64,000 nucleotides of DNA from Terriglobales bacterium (GCA_050018355.1 JBEKAF010000004.1:8634-72633); one strand, 5' to 3'; counted from the stretch's first letter, positions 1 through 9,375 are shown. Notes: generated from the letters alone by a model not told the origin. Made by a program: numbers and translations.

Positions 1-539
1 GAGTCGTGCTCATGCATCATCATCGAAACTGGGTTTTGCACGCTGCCGAACGGCGGTGGCAGGACCGGCTCTTTCTGGATGACCGACTCCTCCATCCTTA
101 CTATGTAGGGGAACAGGACCCTCTCTTCTTTCATCATGTGCACGGTCAGTTCCTGCGCCAGACCCTGAAAACTGGCCCGAACCTGCGGCAGTTCAGGATG
201 ATTCTTGCCGTGCACCGAGCAGACCTTGTCGAACAGCGGGCCTAACCGGGCGATTTCCTCACGCGTGTACTTGTGGTGCGTGCTGTTGATGTGCGCGATC
301 ACGTCGGCCAAAGGTTCCACCTGCCAATTGCCCTCCTTCTGGCCCGCTTGGGACGCCGGTTCGGTCATTTCCAGCGAATCCAATATCTCCTCTGCCGACA
401 AATTGGCGGCGGCGCAGGCCTCTTCCAACGATCTGTTTCCGCCACAGCAGTAGTCGATGCCCAGCTTTTCAAACACTCGGGTCGCATTCGGGAACTCCAG
501 CGCAAGTTCCCGCACAGTTTTTGCAGCGGTTATGCTCAT
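1..539 (-). CDS. ric: iron-sulfur cluster repair di-iron protein (RIC/ScdA/YtfE family), C-terminal part lost at window edge
   Basis: Absent from the ORF track because no stop lies inside the window. Reverse-strand translation from ATG at 539 gives MSITAAKTVRELALEFPNATRVFEKLGIDYCCGGNRSLEEAC...HMMKEERVLFPYI...MMMHEHD. This is the ScdA_N DYCCGG motif followed by hemerythrin-type H/E ligands, collinear with E. coli YtfE. Confidence 0.85.
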   Translation of the reverse strand, partial: MSITAAKTVRELALEFPNATRVFEKLGIDYCCGGNRSLEEACAAANLSAEEILDSLEMTEPASQAGQKEGNWQVEPLADVIAHINSTHHKYTREEIARLGPLFDKVCSVHGKNHPELPQVRASFQGLAQELTVHMMKEERVLFPYIVRMEESVIQKEPVLPPPFGSVQNPVSMMMHEHD

Positions 540-619
540 TACATCCTCCTCGCGGCCCGGCTCCATGCCTCATGGCCACGCTTGATATTCCGAAGGTAGC
601 GGAGTAGCGGAGCCATTGC

Positions 620-635
620 GATGACTTTTGTCACG
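620..635. promoter_or_regulatory. candidate Crp/Fnr-family operator (GATGA-N6-TCACG) in the ric / histidine-kinase divergent promoter
   Basis: gatgaCTTTTGtcacg contains the TGA-N6-TCA core shared by CRP and FNR boxes. Its centre is about 88 nt upstream of the ric ATG. The match is imperfect. Confidence 0.3.
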
Positions 636-811
636 GAGGCCCAGAACCGTTCGCTGTGACAAAGGACTTGCATGGTCATTTGCCAAGACCTAGCCTGCCG
701 CGCATCTGCCCTCGAGCCTCCGCCAACGCGGGAAGACCCCACGTGGGAAGAGTATTTCCAGGCTAAATTCTCTCGTCCCAGCTAGGTTGGCAAAGGGACT
801 CTGGGGCCACG

Positions 812-2947
812 GTGACAAACATCACCGCTTCTGGTGACCAAAATCACGCCTCGCCCCTGGAAAGAGGTGAAACTCCTTGCGCTCCACGACTTTACAAGCA
901 GGCAGGTTTCGGCATAGATTTAGTCCGACGATTTGAATCGTGGAGTTGCATTTTGCGACCATCCTCCGATCATGTTGAGCGCTCCTCCTTGCTTTCAGCC
1001 AAAACCGTGGCTGAATTCCTCCTTTCCAGTGATCTCTTGGAGACCCTGCCAGATGCCATCGTCGCCGTCGACCGCGATGGAACCATTATTCAAGTCAATT
1101 CACAAGCAGAAGAGCTGTTTGGCTATGACCGCGACGAATTGATTGGTCAGAAAGTCGAAATGCTCGTGCCTGAGAGCTACCGCCGCCAGCACCACCATCA
1201 TCGCGAGAACTTCGCGCAAGCACCGAAGACGCGACGGATGAAAGCAGATTTGGATCTCTATGGAAGACGGCGCAATGGCTCGGAATTCCCGGTGGAAATT
1301 AGTCTCAGTCCTGTCTCCACGGAGAATGGAATGTTCGTCTTGAGTGCGATCCGCGACATCAGCGAGCGCAAGAGAATCGCAGAAGAACTGCGAAGAGCGA
1401 ATGAAGAACTGCATCGGAGAACGGCCGAGCAACTGGGGGAATACCGGTCGAGGCTGGCCTCGATCATTGATTCCTCCGAGGACGCCATCATTGGCAAGAA
1501 CTTGGACGGCACCATTGCCAGTTGGAACAAGGGCGCCGAGCGCATCTACGGTTACACGCCAGAAGAGGTCGTCGGAAAGCACATATCCCTTCTAGCTCCC
1601 ACTGATCGTCCCGACGAAATCCCGGAGATTCTACAGAAAACTGCGAGAGGTGAAAGCGTCGAGCATTATGAATCGGTGCGGGTAACCAAGGACGGACGAC
1701 ACTTGGACGTCTCCATTTCCGTGTCTCCCTTGCGCGATGCGAAAGGCGACATCGTGGGAGCATCCGCGATTGCACGCGACATCACGGCCCAGAAACGGGC
1801 TGAGGGCCAGCTTCAGCAATCCCAGAAGATGGAAGCGATCGGCCGGCTTGCGGGAGGCGTCGCCCACGACTTTAACAATATCCTGGGGATCATCAATGCC
1901 TGCACCGAATTCCTCCGCGACCGCATTGATCCCAATGCGGAATCGTCGGTCTACGTCGAGAACATAAAGAAGGCAACCGAACGCGGCTCGTCTTTGACTC
2001 ACCAACTGCTTACCTTCAGCCGGACTCCCGCAATCCAACCCTGTATCCTCGATCTGAACGAGCGGTTGAAGGACATCAGCAAGCTCCTGCGTCCGCTGAT
2101 GGGAGACGATGTCGAGGTTCTCGTTGTGTCCAAATCACCCTCAGCGGTGGTTGAGGCAGACCCTGGCCAGCTTGACCAGGTCTTGGTAAACCTCGCGGTG
2201 AACGCACGCGACGCTATGCCTCGTGGCGGCAAGTTTATTCTCGAAACTCGCGCAATGAAATTTGACGAGGCCTTCGCCGAGCAGCATCAAGCCATGGCGG
2301 CAGGAAGATACGTCCTGCTCGCGATCAGCGATACCGGCAACGGCATGGACGAAGCTACCGTGTCGCGCGTCTTCGAGCCCTTCTTCACCACCAAAGAGGT
2401 GGGCAAGGGAACTGGTTTGGGCCTAGCCACTGTCTATGGCATTGTCAAGCAGAGCGCAGGACACATCTTGGTCTACAGTGAACCGGGATACGGAACGACG
2501 TTTAAAATATATCTCCCCAGCGCGGATCACAAAATCGGGCTCGGATCCAAGACTGAAGTGGAGACGGTCGCTCCGAAACGGCAAGGGACTACGATCCTGC
2601 TCGTGGAAGACGACGAAATCATGCGCAGCCTGACTCGACAACTCCTCCAAGAACACGGCTATACCGTAGTCGAGGCGGATGACGGGAAGTCCGCGCTCGA
2701 ATGGGTGCAGTCTCATCCGGGTCCAATTGATCTATTGTTGACCGACGTAGTGATGCGCCGCATGAGCGGTCCTGAATTAGTTGAGCGCCTGAACGCCTCT
2801 CACCCGAACCTGAAAGTCGTATACATGTCAGGGTACACAGGTGAACTGATCGCGGAACGCGAAGTGTTGAGGCGCGGCATAACTCTCCTCGAAAAGCCTT
2901 TTACCCGCACCGCTCTGCTGAATACCATCCATACGACGTTGGGGTGA
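812..2947 (+). CDS. PAS-domain hybrid sensor histidine kinase / response regulator
   Basis: 711-aa ORF with a GTG start. It has two PAS-like segments (DAIVAVDRDGTIIQVN..., DAIIGKNLDGTIASWN...). It has an H-box GGVAHDFNNIL and an HATPase region (DTGNGMD, GTGLGLATVYGIV). It has a C-terminal receiver (ILLVEDDE...LLLTDVVM...KPF). Confidence 0.9.
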   Translation: MTNITASGDQNHASPLERGETPCAPRLYKQAGFGIDLVRRFESWSCILRPSSDHVERSSLLSAKTVAEFLLSSDLLETLPDAIVAVDRDGTIIQVNSQAEELFGYDRDELIGQKVEMLVPESYRRQHHHHRENFAQAPKTRRMKADLDLYGRRRNGSEFPVEISLSPVSTENGMFVLSAIRDISERKRIAEELRRANEELHRRTAEQLGEYRSRLASIIDSSEDAIIGKNLDGTIASWNKGAERIYGYTPEEVVGKHISLLAPTDRPDEIPEILQKTARGESVEHYESVRVTKDGRHLDVSISVSPLRDAKGDIVGASAIARDITAQKRAEGQLQQSQKMEAIGRLAGGVAHDFNNILGIINACTEFLRDRIDPNAESSVYVENIKKATERGSSLTHQLLTFSRTPAIQPCILDLNERLKDISKLLRPLMGDDVEVLVVSKSPSAVVEADPGQLDQVLVNLAVNARDAMPRGGKFILETRAMKFDEAFAEQHQAMAAGRYVLLAISDTGNGMDEATVSRVFEPFFTTKEVGKGTGLGLATVYGIVKQSAGHILVYSEPGYGTTFKIYLPSADHKIGLGSKTEVETVAPKRQGTTILLVEDDEIMRSLTRQLLQEHGYTVVEADDGKSALEWVQSHPGPIDLLLTDVVMRRMSGPELVERLNASHPNLKVVYMSGYTGELIAEREVLRRGITLLEKPFTRTALLNTIHTTLG

Positions 2948-3305
2948 AACCTGGTGCCGAAAAACTCACGATTCGGATCAGGGCTTGCCTTCAGGCGTTC
3001 AATCTCATGACATCCTTTACACTTCCGCCCGAATCTGCGCGAGCCGATCCGAAGCTACAGCCAGCCGAACGCGGATCGTGCTCCGTGGTCATGTAACCAA
3101 CCGACTGGTGATGGAGATCACACATCGGTGTGTGAAAGGACGCACTTCCAGGCACAACTCGGGTGGGCAGCGGGCATAGCTGCATCTCACAATATCAACT
3201 CAAGCCACTCGTTGTGTTACACTTATGCTGCTTTCAGTGAAGTCTTGCCCCGCCTGAGCAGAGTGGCGAAGGACGTGCCAAGGTACCTGTGAGCGGAGGC
3301 GCCAA

Positions 3306-4007
3306 ATGGCCACATACGCCGTAAACAATGCACAGAAACTTGCGCCAGCAGACAAAACCTTTTGCGATCTTCCTCCAGCCGTAGCCGATGCCTTGGAGCA
3401 AGAGGCGCTCACCACCACCTATCCCACGGGGGCGGTTTTGTTCGCGGAAGCGCAGGCGCCGCGGGGAGTGTTCATCGTGCGTCGAGGCCGGGTGAAGCTT
3501 TCCATTTGTGGCAGCGACGGCAGAACGCTGATCCTCCGTATTGTCGACTCCGGTTGCCCGTTGGGAGTCGCCGCGGTAGTTTCCGGACGCCAGTATGAAG
3601 CTACGGCCGAGACCCAGGAACCGTCCGAGATCAGCTTCCTACGACACAGCGACTTGCTGCGCCTCATGCGCCTTCACGGCGAGTTTGCCCTATGGGTGAC
3701 CCAGCACATCAGCCAGGATTACGCCTCTACTTGCCGCGAAATCCGTGACCTGATTCTTTCTGACTCGGCCAGCGAAAAGCTGGCCCGGCTGCTTGTCGGC
3801 TGGCTCGACCAAAACACCACATCCAAGAACCCCAGCCAAGTGAAGCTGGCTTTGACTCACGAAGAGATCGGACAGATGATCGGCTCTTCGCGTGAGACCG
3901 TCAGCCGACTTTTCGCGGGCTTCAAGAAGCAGCGTCTCATCCAGCAGAGCGGCTCTACTCTTGTGATCCCCAACCGCGTTGCCTTGGAATCCCTTATCAC
4001 AGCCTAG
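3306..4007 (+). CDS. Crp/Fnr family transcriptional regulator
   Basis: 233 aa. cNMP-binding-type beta-roll (VFIVRRGRVKLSICGSDGRTLIL) plus a C-terminal HTH (SRETVSRLFAGFKKQRLI). Confidence 0.9.
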   Translation: MATYAVNNAQKLAPADKTFCDLPPAVADALEQEALTTTYPTGAVLFAEAQAPRGVFIVRRGRVKLSICGSDGRTLILRIVDSGCPLGVAAVVSGRQYEATAETQEPSEISFLRHSDLLRLMRLHGEFALWVTQHISQDYASTCREIRDLILSDSASEKLARLLVGWLDQNTTSKNPSQVKLALTHEEIGQMIGSSRETVSRLFAGFKKQRLIQQSGSTLVIPNRVALESLITA

Positions 4008-4037
4008 AGTTGCTGCGATTCAAGGTAAGGCGCTCCT

Positions 4038-4075
4038 CCGGGCCGGTCATCCTCCTCCGGCCCGTTTCTTTTTTG
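4038..4075 (+). terminator. intrinsic terminator downstream of the Crp/Fnr gene
   Basis: ccgggccgg-tcatcctcct-ccggcccg stem-loop followed by tttcttttttg. Confidence 0.7.
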
Positions 4076-4190
4076 ATGGGCGGCAGAGAAAAACAACCCG
4101 GTAAAATGCGGGGCTTGCCCCTTCTCGGGAGACGCCGCGTCGCTACGGGAAATCTTCTGTAGCAAGGACTAAGTCATGTTGTGTGGACCG

Positions 4191-4270
4191 TTCCCTGCTC
4201 ATCCCCGTCATCGGCAGACTCAGTGGGCAGTTCCCTGCTCATCCTCGTAATCAGCAGGCTCAGTGGGCAG
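4191..4270. repeat. 40-nt tandem duplication (2 copies) spanning the stop codon of the 13-heme/cytochrome b gene
   Basis: ttccctgctcatccccgtcatcggcagactcagtgggcag (4191-4230) versus ttccctgctcatcctcgtaatcagcaggctcagtgggcag (4231-4270). The upstream-strand copy encodes LPTEPADYEDEQGTAH*. The second copy would encode LPTESADDGDEQGTVHTT* in another frame. Confidence 0.85.
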
Positions 4271-6310
4271 CTCGACCAGGTGAGCCCGTTCCAGGGCGCG
4301 GAGATACTCCGGGCGGGAATGACGGTAATGATCGGCCGGGACTTTGCCGTTGAGCCAAGCGGTATCCATCGGGTAGACCATGGGATCGAAGATCACCATG
4401 TAGAAGTGCCAGATGAGGATGGAGAAGGTGGCCAGGATCGCCTCATACCAATGCACTGCCGTGGCCGCGTCCGTCACCCATTTCGGATAATGGCGCAGCG
4501 CAAAATTGTTGAACCACAGCAGGAAACCGGAGACGCCCATGACGACGGTGCCCCACATAAAGGCCCAGTATTCCATTTTCTCCGCATAGTTGAATTTCGC
4601 AAACTTCGGCTCCTGTTTTGTGAGGCCAAGGTTGTAGCGGAAGACCTCCAGCATGTCCGTGGCGTCCTTGATTGTCGGGATCATGGCCCAAAGGAAAGAG
4701 CGATCGCGCTTCTTCCGCGCCAGATGCACGAAGTGGTAGAAGACGGCCAGGAGCATGACGATGGCCGCGGTGCGGTGCAGCCCGCCGCGCCAACCGGCGG
4801 CGGACTCCCAGAGCTGCAGCGGCTTGGACCACCAAAGCTCCGGATACTTCAACGCAAATCCCGTGAACACCAGCGTCGGGAAACTCACCATGATGCCCCA
4901 GTGCGCGACGCGGAACCACAAGTTCATCCGCAGCACCATCTCGCCGGATTCTCTCCGCGGGCGGCGCCGAATGAGTTTCGACAGAAAGTCCAGCAGGTTG
5001 TGCAGCAGCATGAAGCCCAGTGTCACCGGGATCAGCACCCAGTACGTCCAGCGAATCCACTCCACCACCGGGTTATTCGGGCCCGCGCCGGTCTGCACAT
5101 GTATGGGACCGATGGTGAATTTGGCTTCGACCACACCTTTGTGACATTGCCCGCACGTTTTCCGGAGGTTTGCGGCATTGACGGTCGAGCGCGGGTCGCT
5201 CGAAGGAAGAATGGCATGCACCCCATGGCATGAAGCACAATTCGCCGCAGTCACTTTCCCTTCTTTGAGGGCCAGCCCGTGATAGCTGCCGGCGTAGGAT
5301 GGCAGGCGATCCGCTGGCAAATCATAGCGCAGTGCCAGGCGGGCATCGCCATGGCAACGCCCGCAGGTCTGCGCGGAGATATTCTCGGCATTTAAGGGCG
5401 AGGCCGGGCTGCCCGGGTCCACGATCAGGTGCTCGCCGTGGCAGTCGATGCAAATGGGAGCATCCCGCACGCCGTTCTTGACCGCTTCCCCGTGGACACT
5501 CTCGTTGAACTCCCGGGCGATTTCCTTGTGGCATTGCGCGCAGGTCTCCACCACTTTCCAGTGATTGACCTTGGATCGCTCATCGGTGGCGGGATAGATG
5601 TCATGAGTGCCATGGCAACTGGAACACGTTGCCGCATCCTTGCCGAGCGCGACCGCGCGCCCGTGAACGCTCAGCTTATAGGAAGCCACCGGATGCGCCA
5701 CCGGAATTTGGTGCCGCGACAAGAACCCGGCATCGCTGTGGCATTTTGCGCAAGTATCCGCCATGTTCTTACGGGCAATGGTCGAGTCCGCCTCACTGGA
5801 GGCTTTCACAGCGTGGATGGAGCCGTGGCAGGACTCGCATTTGGGCGCGTCGGGATCGCCGTTTTTCGCGGCCTGCCCGTGAATGCTGGACGCGAGGTCC
5901 TTCGCTTCCTCGGCATGACACTCCGTGCACTTTCCGGGAATCAGCCTTTCCGCCAAGGTGAGTTCGTGCACGCTGCCGTGACACGAAGCGCACGCAGATT
6001 CGCCGAGGATGGAGTGGGCGCTGGCGGGGAAGGACTTGGCCTCGTCCGCATGGCAGGTGACGCAGTGCACTTTGGCGATTTTGGCGGGATGCGGGAACTC
6101 TTTGATCGCGGTGTGGCAGTCCTTGCAGCTGAGAACCCCGTGTGCGCTGGCGGCATGCTTGTCCGGGTCGATTGAAATGCTCTTCCCGGCGTCGGACTTC
6201 ATCCCCGCCTGGCCATGGCATGCCAGACATTCCTGGTCTCCAGCGGGCAAAGCCGAAGCCGAAGCCAGAGTCAAAGCCAGGTAAACCAAAGCAACTCGAG
6301 TCGCAAGCAT
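4220..6310 (-). CDS. multiheme c-type cytochrome (13 CXXCH) fused to a FdnI/HydC-type cytochrome b membrane domain (CbcL-like architecture)
   Basis: 696 aa. Signal peptide, 13 CXXCH motifs counted in the translation, then about 5 TM helices with conserved His (VAHWGIM, LHRTAAIV, YHFVHL, AVHWYEAIL, IWHFYM). Confidence 0.9.
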   Translation of the reverse strand: MLATRVALVYLALTLASASALPAGDQECLACHGQAGMKSDAGKSISIDPDKHAASAHGVLSCKDCHTAIKEFPHPAKIAKVHCVTCHADEAKSFPASAHSILGESACASCHGSVHELTLAERLIPGKCTECHAEEAKDLASSIHGQAAKNGDPDAPKCESCHGSIHAVKASSEADSTIARKNMADTCAKCHSDAGFLSRHQIPVAHPVASYKLSVHGRAVALGKDAATCSSCHGTHDIYPATDERSKVNHWKVVETCAQCHKEIAREFNESVHGEAVKNGVRDAPICIDCHGEHLIVDPGSPASPLNAENISAQTCGRCHGDARLALRYDLPADRLPSYAGSYHGLALKEGKVTAANCASCHGVHAILPSSDPRSTVNAANLRKTCGQCHKGVVEAKFTIGPIHVQTGAGPNNPVVEWIRWTYWVLIPVTLGFMLLHNLLDFLSKLIRRRPRRESGEMVLRMNLWFRVAHWGIMVSFPTLVFTGFALKYPELWWSKPLQLWESAAGWRGGLHRTAAIVMLLAVFYHFVHLARKKRDRSFLWAMIPTIKDATDMLEVFRYNLGLTKQEPKFAKFNYAEKMEYWAFMWGTVVMGVSGFLLWFNNFALRHYPKWVTDAATAVHWYEAILATFSILIWHFYMVIFDPMVYPMDTAWLNGKVPADHYRHSRPEYLRALERAHLVELPTEPADYEDEQGTAH

Positions 6311-6348
6311 TTCAACACCCTTCTCCGCAGTTCAACCGCAAATCGGCT

Positions 6349-7194
6349 CTAGCGGTACGCGAACAACATCGCATAGATGATCCACAGCACAATGCTGAAT
6401 CCCACCGCCAGCGCTGCCCAGGCGAAGGCTCGAATCGTACGGGTGACGATTGGTTGGTAAGCCTCGTCCATGTTTTCCTCCAGTTGCCCGCTGGCGACCA
6501 GCGCTTCATATTCTCTTGGCTTGTCCCTTTCCAATTCTTCCAGCGGCATGCGCCCGGTGAATACCGTGATGTCCATAGGAAACTTTTCGGGCCGCAAGTG
6601 GGTATTGAAGAAATGCACGGTAAAGATGAAGCCGGTGGCGAGCAGCGCTTCGTCGCTGTGAATGATGGTTGCGACGTTGAGGAACGACCCCGGTATAAAC
6701 CGCGTGAAGAACACCGGAAACCACAGCGTGAGGCCGGTGGAACCGATCACCGCGATTCCCCAAAACACCGCGAAATAATCGAATTTTTCCCAGTACGTCC
6801 AGCGGCCATAGGCAGGCCGCTCGCCGCGGCCCACAAACCACTTCAGCGTGCCCACCAGCTCAGTTAGGTCCCTTCGGTTAGGCATCATGCTGCCCGGTCC
6901 CAGCAGCAGCGCGCGCCACGAACCGTGCTCTCTCTTCTTCGACCGGTACAGGTCCACCAGATGGGTAATGAAAACTCCGAACATCACGACGGCGGCACTC
7001 CGGTGAATGTAGCCTGCGTTCTCGAATCCCCCGAGCAGATGAGAAAGGACCGCCGCCCATTTCGTGTAGGAGAACTTCAGGGTTAACCCCGTCAGCGCCA
7101 GGCACATGAAGCTCACGATCATGCAGATGTGCAGAATCCGCTGCAGCCGGCTGAACCGGACGAACTGGAGTTCTGCAATTTCGCCCTTAGGCAT
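6349..7194 (-). CDS. cytochrome b family membrane protein (FdnI/HydC-like), stand-alone paralog of the C-terminal domain of the 4220..6310 protein
   Basis: Start moved to ATG at 7194 ([29 protein letters not shown]), which overlaps the upstream stop as ATGCCTAA. It has TM helices with the same His pattern as the fused protein. The 7311 start of the track ORF would run inside the upstream gene. Confidence 0.8.
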   Translation of the reverse strand: MPKGEIAELQFVRFSRLQRILHICMIVSFMCLALTGLTLKFSYTKWAAVLSHLLGGFENAGYIHRSAAVVMFGVFITHLVDLYRSKKREHGSWRALLLGPGSMMPNRRDLTELVGTLKWFVGRGERPAYGRWTYWEKFDYFAVFWGIAVIGSTGLTLWFPVFFTRFIPGSFLNVATIIHSDEALLATGFIFTVHFFNTHLRPEKFPMDITVFTGRMPLEELERDKPREYEALVASGQLEENMDEAYQPIVTRTIRAFAWAALAVGFSIVLWIIYAMLFAYR

Positions 7195-9280
7195 CGGTGC
7201 TCTCCTTGCTCGGCGGAGTTTCAGGCTTTGCGGCCAGTTTCGCTTCGGCGTTGCGCAACTCCCGGCGCATCTGGAAAGCTCGGGGCAGCCAGAGCAGCGT
7301 GTGCATGCCACTGACCACGAATGTCACCAGGAGCAGCGTGGTCATGCCCCAGAAGGTATAGAACAGGAACGGATACTTTCGCGGGTCGTGGTGCGTGGCG
7401 TGCGTCAGGTATCCAGCGAAGCGCCGCGTCGCGCCGGCATGGCACTTCCCGCAGGTGGCCGCGACGTTTGCCCGGCTGAGGTGCGAGCGTGGATCGGTCA
7501 CCCTAAGCACGTCGTGAGCGCCATGGCAGTCATAGCACTTGGCCGCTTTCGTGTACCCAAGCTTGGAGACCTTCCCGTGATAGGTATCAAAATAGGTCTG
7601 GGCGATCTCCGCGTGGCAACGTCCGCACGTGGTCATCACGTCCAGCCGGAAATTGTCCTGATCGGTGCGGCGGATGGCGTGGGCGGTGTGGCAATCGCTG
7701 CAAATGGGAAGTTCTTTGGCCGACTTGCTCACCCCCTTGGAGTGGATGCTGTTTTCGAACTGCTCCTCGATGCCGTGGTGGCACCGGCCGCAGGTGGCCG
7801 GCACGTTGGCGGCGCTGATACTCGATTCCGGATCGGTTCGGGGAAGGACACGGTGAGCGGTGTGGCAACTGGTGCAGGTCGCCGTCACCGTCAGGCCGGT
7901 CTTCAGTAATTTTCCGTGAATGCTCTCCGTGTAGTTCGCGATGATTTCGTGCTGCCTTCCGGTGTAGCGCACCGCGGCCTTCTGGCCCTCCCGGTGACAG
8001 CGCCCGCAAAGCATGGGAACATTGGTCGCAAAAGTCAGCGACTGCGGGTCCTGTTTGTCCAGCACTCCATGCGTGCCATGGCATTCCTTGCAGCTCGGGG
8101 CATTCGGATTATTCTTGGTGGTAAGTTGTCCGTGAATGCTGCCCATGTACTGCTTGCCAATTTCATCGTGGCAAGAGGTGCAGTCCACTTCGTGGGAGAT
8201 GGTCTCGCAAGGCCGCACGCGGGAAGCGTTGACCTCCGAGTGGCATTGGCTGCAGGCAACGTTCCGAAGCCTGCCCGCTTCCTCGCTGTGACGCGAATGG
8301 TTCACCTCGCCCACGTTGACGTACATGGATTGCCCGTCGCGCGCGCGACGCAGTTTCTCGTCTGCGTGGCAACGCATGCAGTCCGCATCGGCCATACCCT
8401 GCGTATAGAAGACATTCCTGATCTTATGCGGCTGATGGCAGTCCACGCAGGCCGGCAGGACGTTGGCTTCCTTTTCCCACAGCGCTCCACGAATGATCTT
8501 GCGGTGGACCACTTCGATTTGCGTGTGGCATTTCGTGCAGGTGGCGGCAATGTTGCGGCGATTGATCGAGGAAGCGGGATCGGTATGCGGCAATATCAAG
8601 TGCGCGGTGTGGCAAGTGGCGCAGGTCGGGGCCACCGACAGTCCCTTCTTCAGCAATGCCTCCCCGTGGATGCTCTCGGAGTAGTTCTCCAAAATATTGT
8701 CCTGGGGAATGGGGCGATTGCGCGAAACCGGAGTTCCTTCCTGATGGCACTGGCCGCAAATGAAGGGCACTTTCAGCGGCAACACCGCTGATCGCGAGTC
8801 CTTCACCGGAACGATGTCGTGGTTCCCGTGACAATTCACACAGCTAGGTGCGAGCGCATCGCCGCGGGCACTCGCCTTCCCGTGGAGGGACCGGGCATAT
8901 TGCTCCTGCTCGGTCGCGTGGCACGTGCCGCACTTTACCCGCGCCGGCTTTTCGTGCGGCAACTCTTTTCCTTCCAGGTCGGCGTGGCAGCCCGTGCACC
9001 CGAAGCTGCCATGCACGGAAGTCGCAAATTTCTTCCCGTCCACGTATAGCGAAACCGTTTTGCCGGCTCGCGTTGTGCTCATGCTCTTCTCGCCGTGGCA
9101 TGCGAGACATTCCGCCCCGGGCTGGTCGGTTTCGCTAGCCGCCGCGTGTCCGGCGCTTTCCGAAGTCAGAAGGAAGAAAACTGTGGCAAGCAGCGGCGCG
9201 ACGATAACACCCAGACCAGCACATCTCTTCCTTCGCACAACTCTTGTTTCAGCCATGTCAAATTCTCGAGCTGGTTTCAT
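7187..9280 (-). CDS. multiheme c-type cytochrome (19 CXXCH) with a C-terminal TM anchor
   Basis: 697 aa. N-terminal signal/anchor, 19 CXXCH motifs counted, recurrent S-x-HG plus CXXCH pairs, C-terminal hydrophobic helix YPFLFYTFWGMTTLLLVTFVVSGMHTLLWL. An alternative start is ATG at 9256. Confidence 0.9.
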   Translation of the reverse strand: MKPAREFDMAETRVVRRKRCAGLGVIVAPLLATVFFLLTSESAGHAAASETDQPGAECLACHGEKSMSTTRAGKTVSLYVDGKKFATSVHGSFGCTGCHADLEGKELPHEKPARVKCGTCHATEQEQYARSLHGKASARGDALAPSCVNCHGNHDIVPVKDSRSAVLPLKVPFICGQCHQEGTPVSRNRPIPQDNILENYSESIHGEALLKKGLSVAPTCATCHTAHLILPHTDPASSINRRNIAATCTKCHTQIEVVHRKIIRGALWEKEANVLPACVDCHQPHKIRNVFYTQGMADADCMRCHADEKLRRARDGQSMYVNVGEVNHSRHSEEAGRLRNVACSQCHSEVNASRVRPCETISHEVDCTSCHDEIGKQYMGSIHGQLTTKNNPNAPSCKECHGTHGVLDKQDPQSLTFATNVPMLCGRCHREGQKAAVRYTGRQHEIIANYTESIHGKLLKTGLTVTATCTSCHTAHRVLPRTDPESSISAANVPATCGRCHHGIEEQFENSIHSKGVSKSAKELPICSDCHTAHAIRRTDQDNFRLDVMTTCGRCHAEIAQTYFDTYHGKVSKLGYTKAAKCYDCHGAHDVLRVTDPRSHLSRANVAATCGKCHAGATRRFAGYLTHATHHDPRKYPFLFYTFWGMTTLLLVTFVVSGMHTLLWLPRAFQMRRELRNAEAKLAAKPETPPSKESTDA

Positions 9281-9299
9281 AAATGCCTTGCAGCTCGGA

Positions 9300-9375
9300 A
9301 GGCACGTCCCTCAGGGGCTAAAGCCCGCATTCTTCTCGGCCTAGGCGGCACGGCTGAAGCCGTGCCCTACCCAAA
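9300..9375. repeat. dual-hairpin intergenic repeat, copy A (REP/MITE-like family)
   Basis: cctcaGGGGCTaaAGCCCgc ... GGCACGGCtgaaGCCGTGCC. The same two hairpins recur in inverted order at 13405-13475 and 59095-59170. Confidence 0.75.

Noticed and set aside
655-670. Second CRP-like site beginning with a perfect TGTGA half-site in the ric promoter.
   Set aside because: The partner half-site after N6 (acttg) does not match TCACA.
4181-5233. 350-aa plus-strand ORF antisense to the 13-heme/cytochrome b gene. Similar long shadow ORFs are 9095..10450, 19110..20261, 23160..24338, 26179..27321, 31610..32803, 37606..38757, 43945..44874, 49302..50201 and 62573..63616.
   Set aside because: Each lies opposite a gene with unambiguous family motifs. 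Their translations are Arg/Gly/Pro/His-rich and low in complexity, without motifs. This is the typical pattern of antisense open frames in high-GC DNA.
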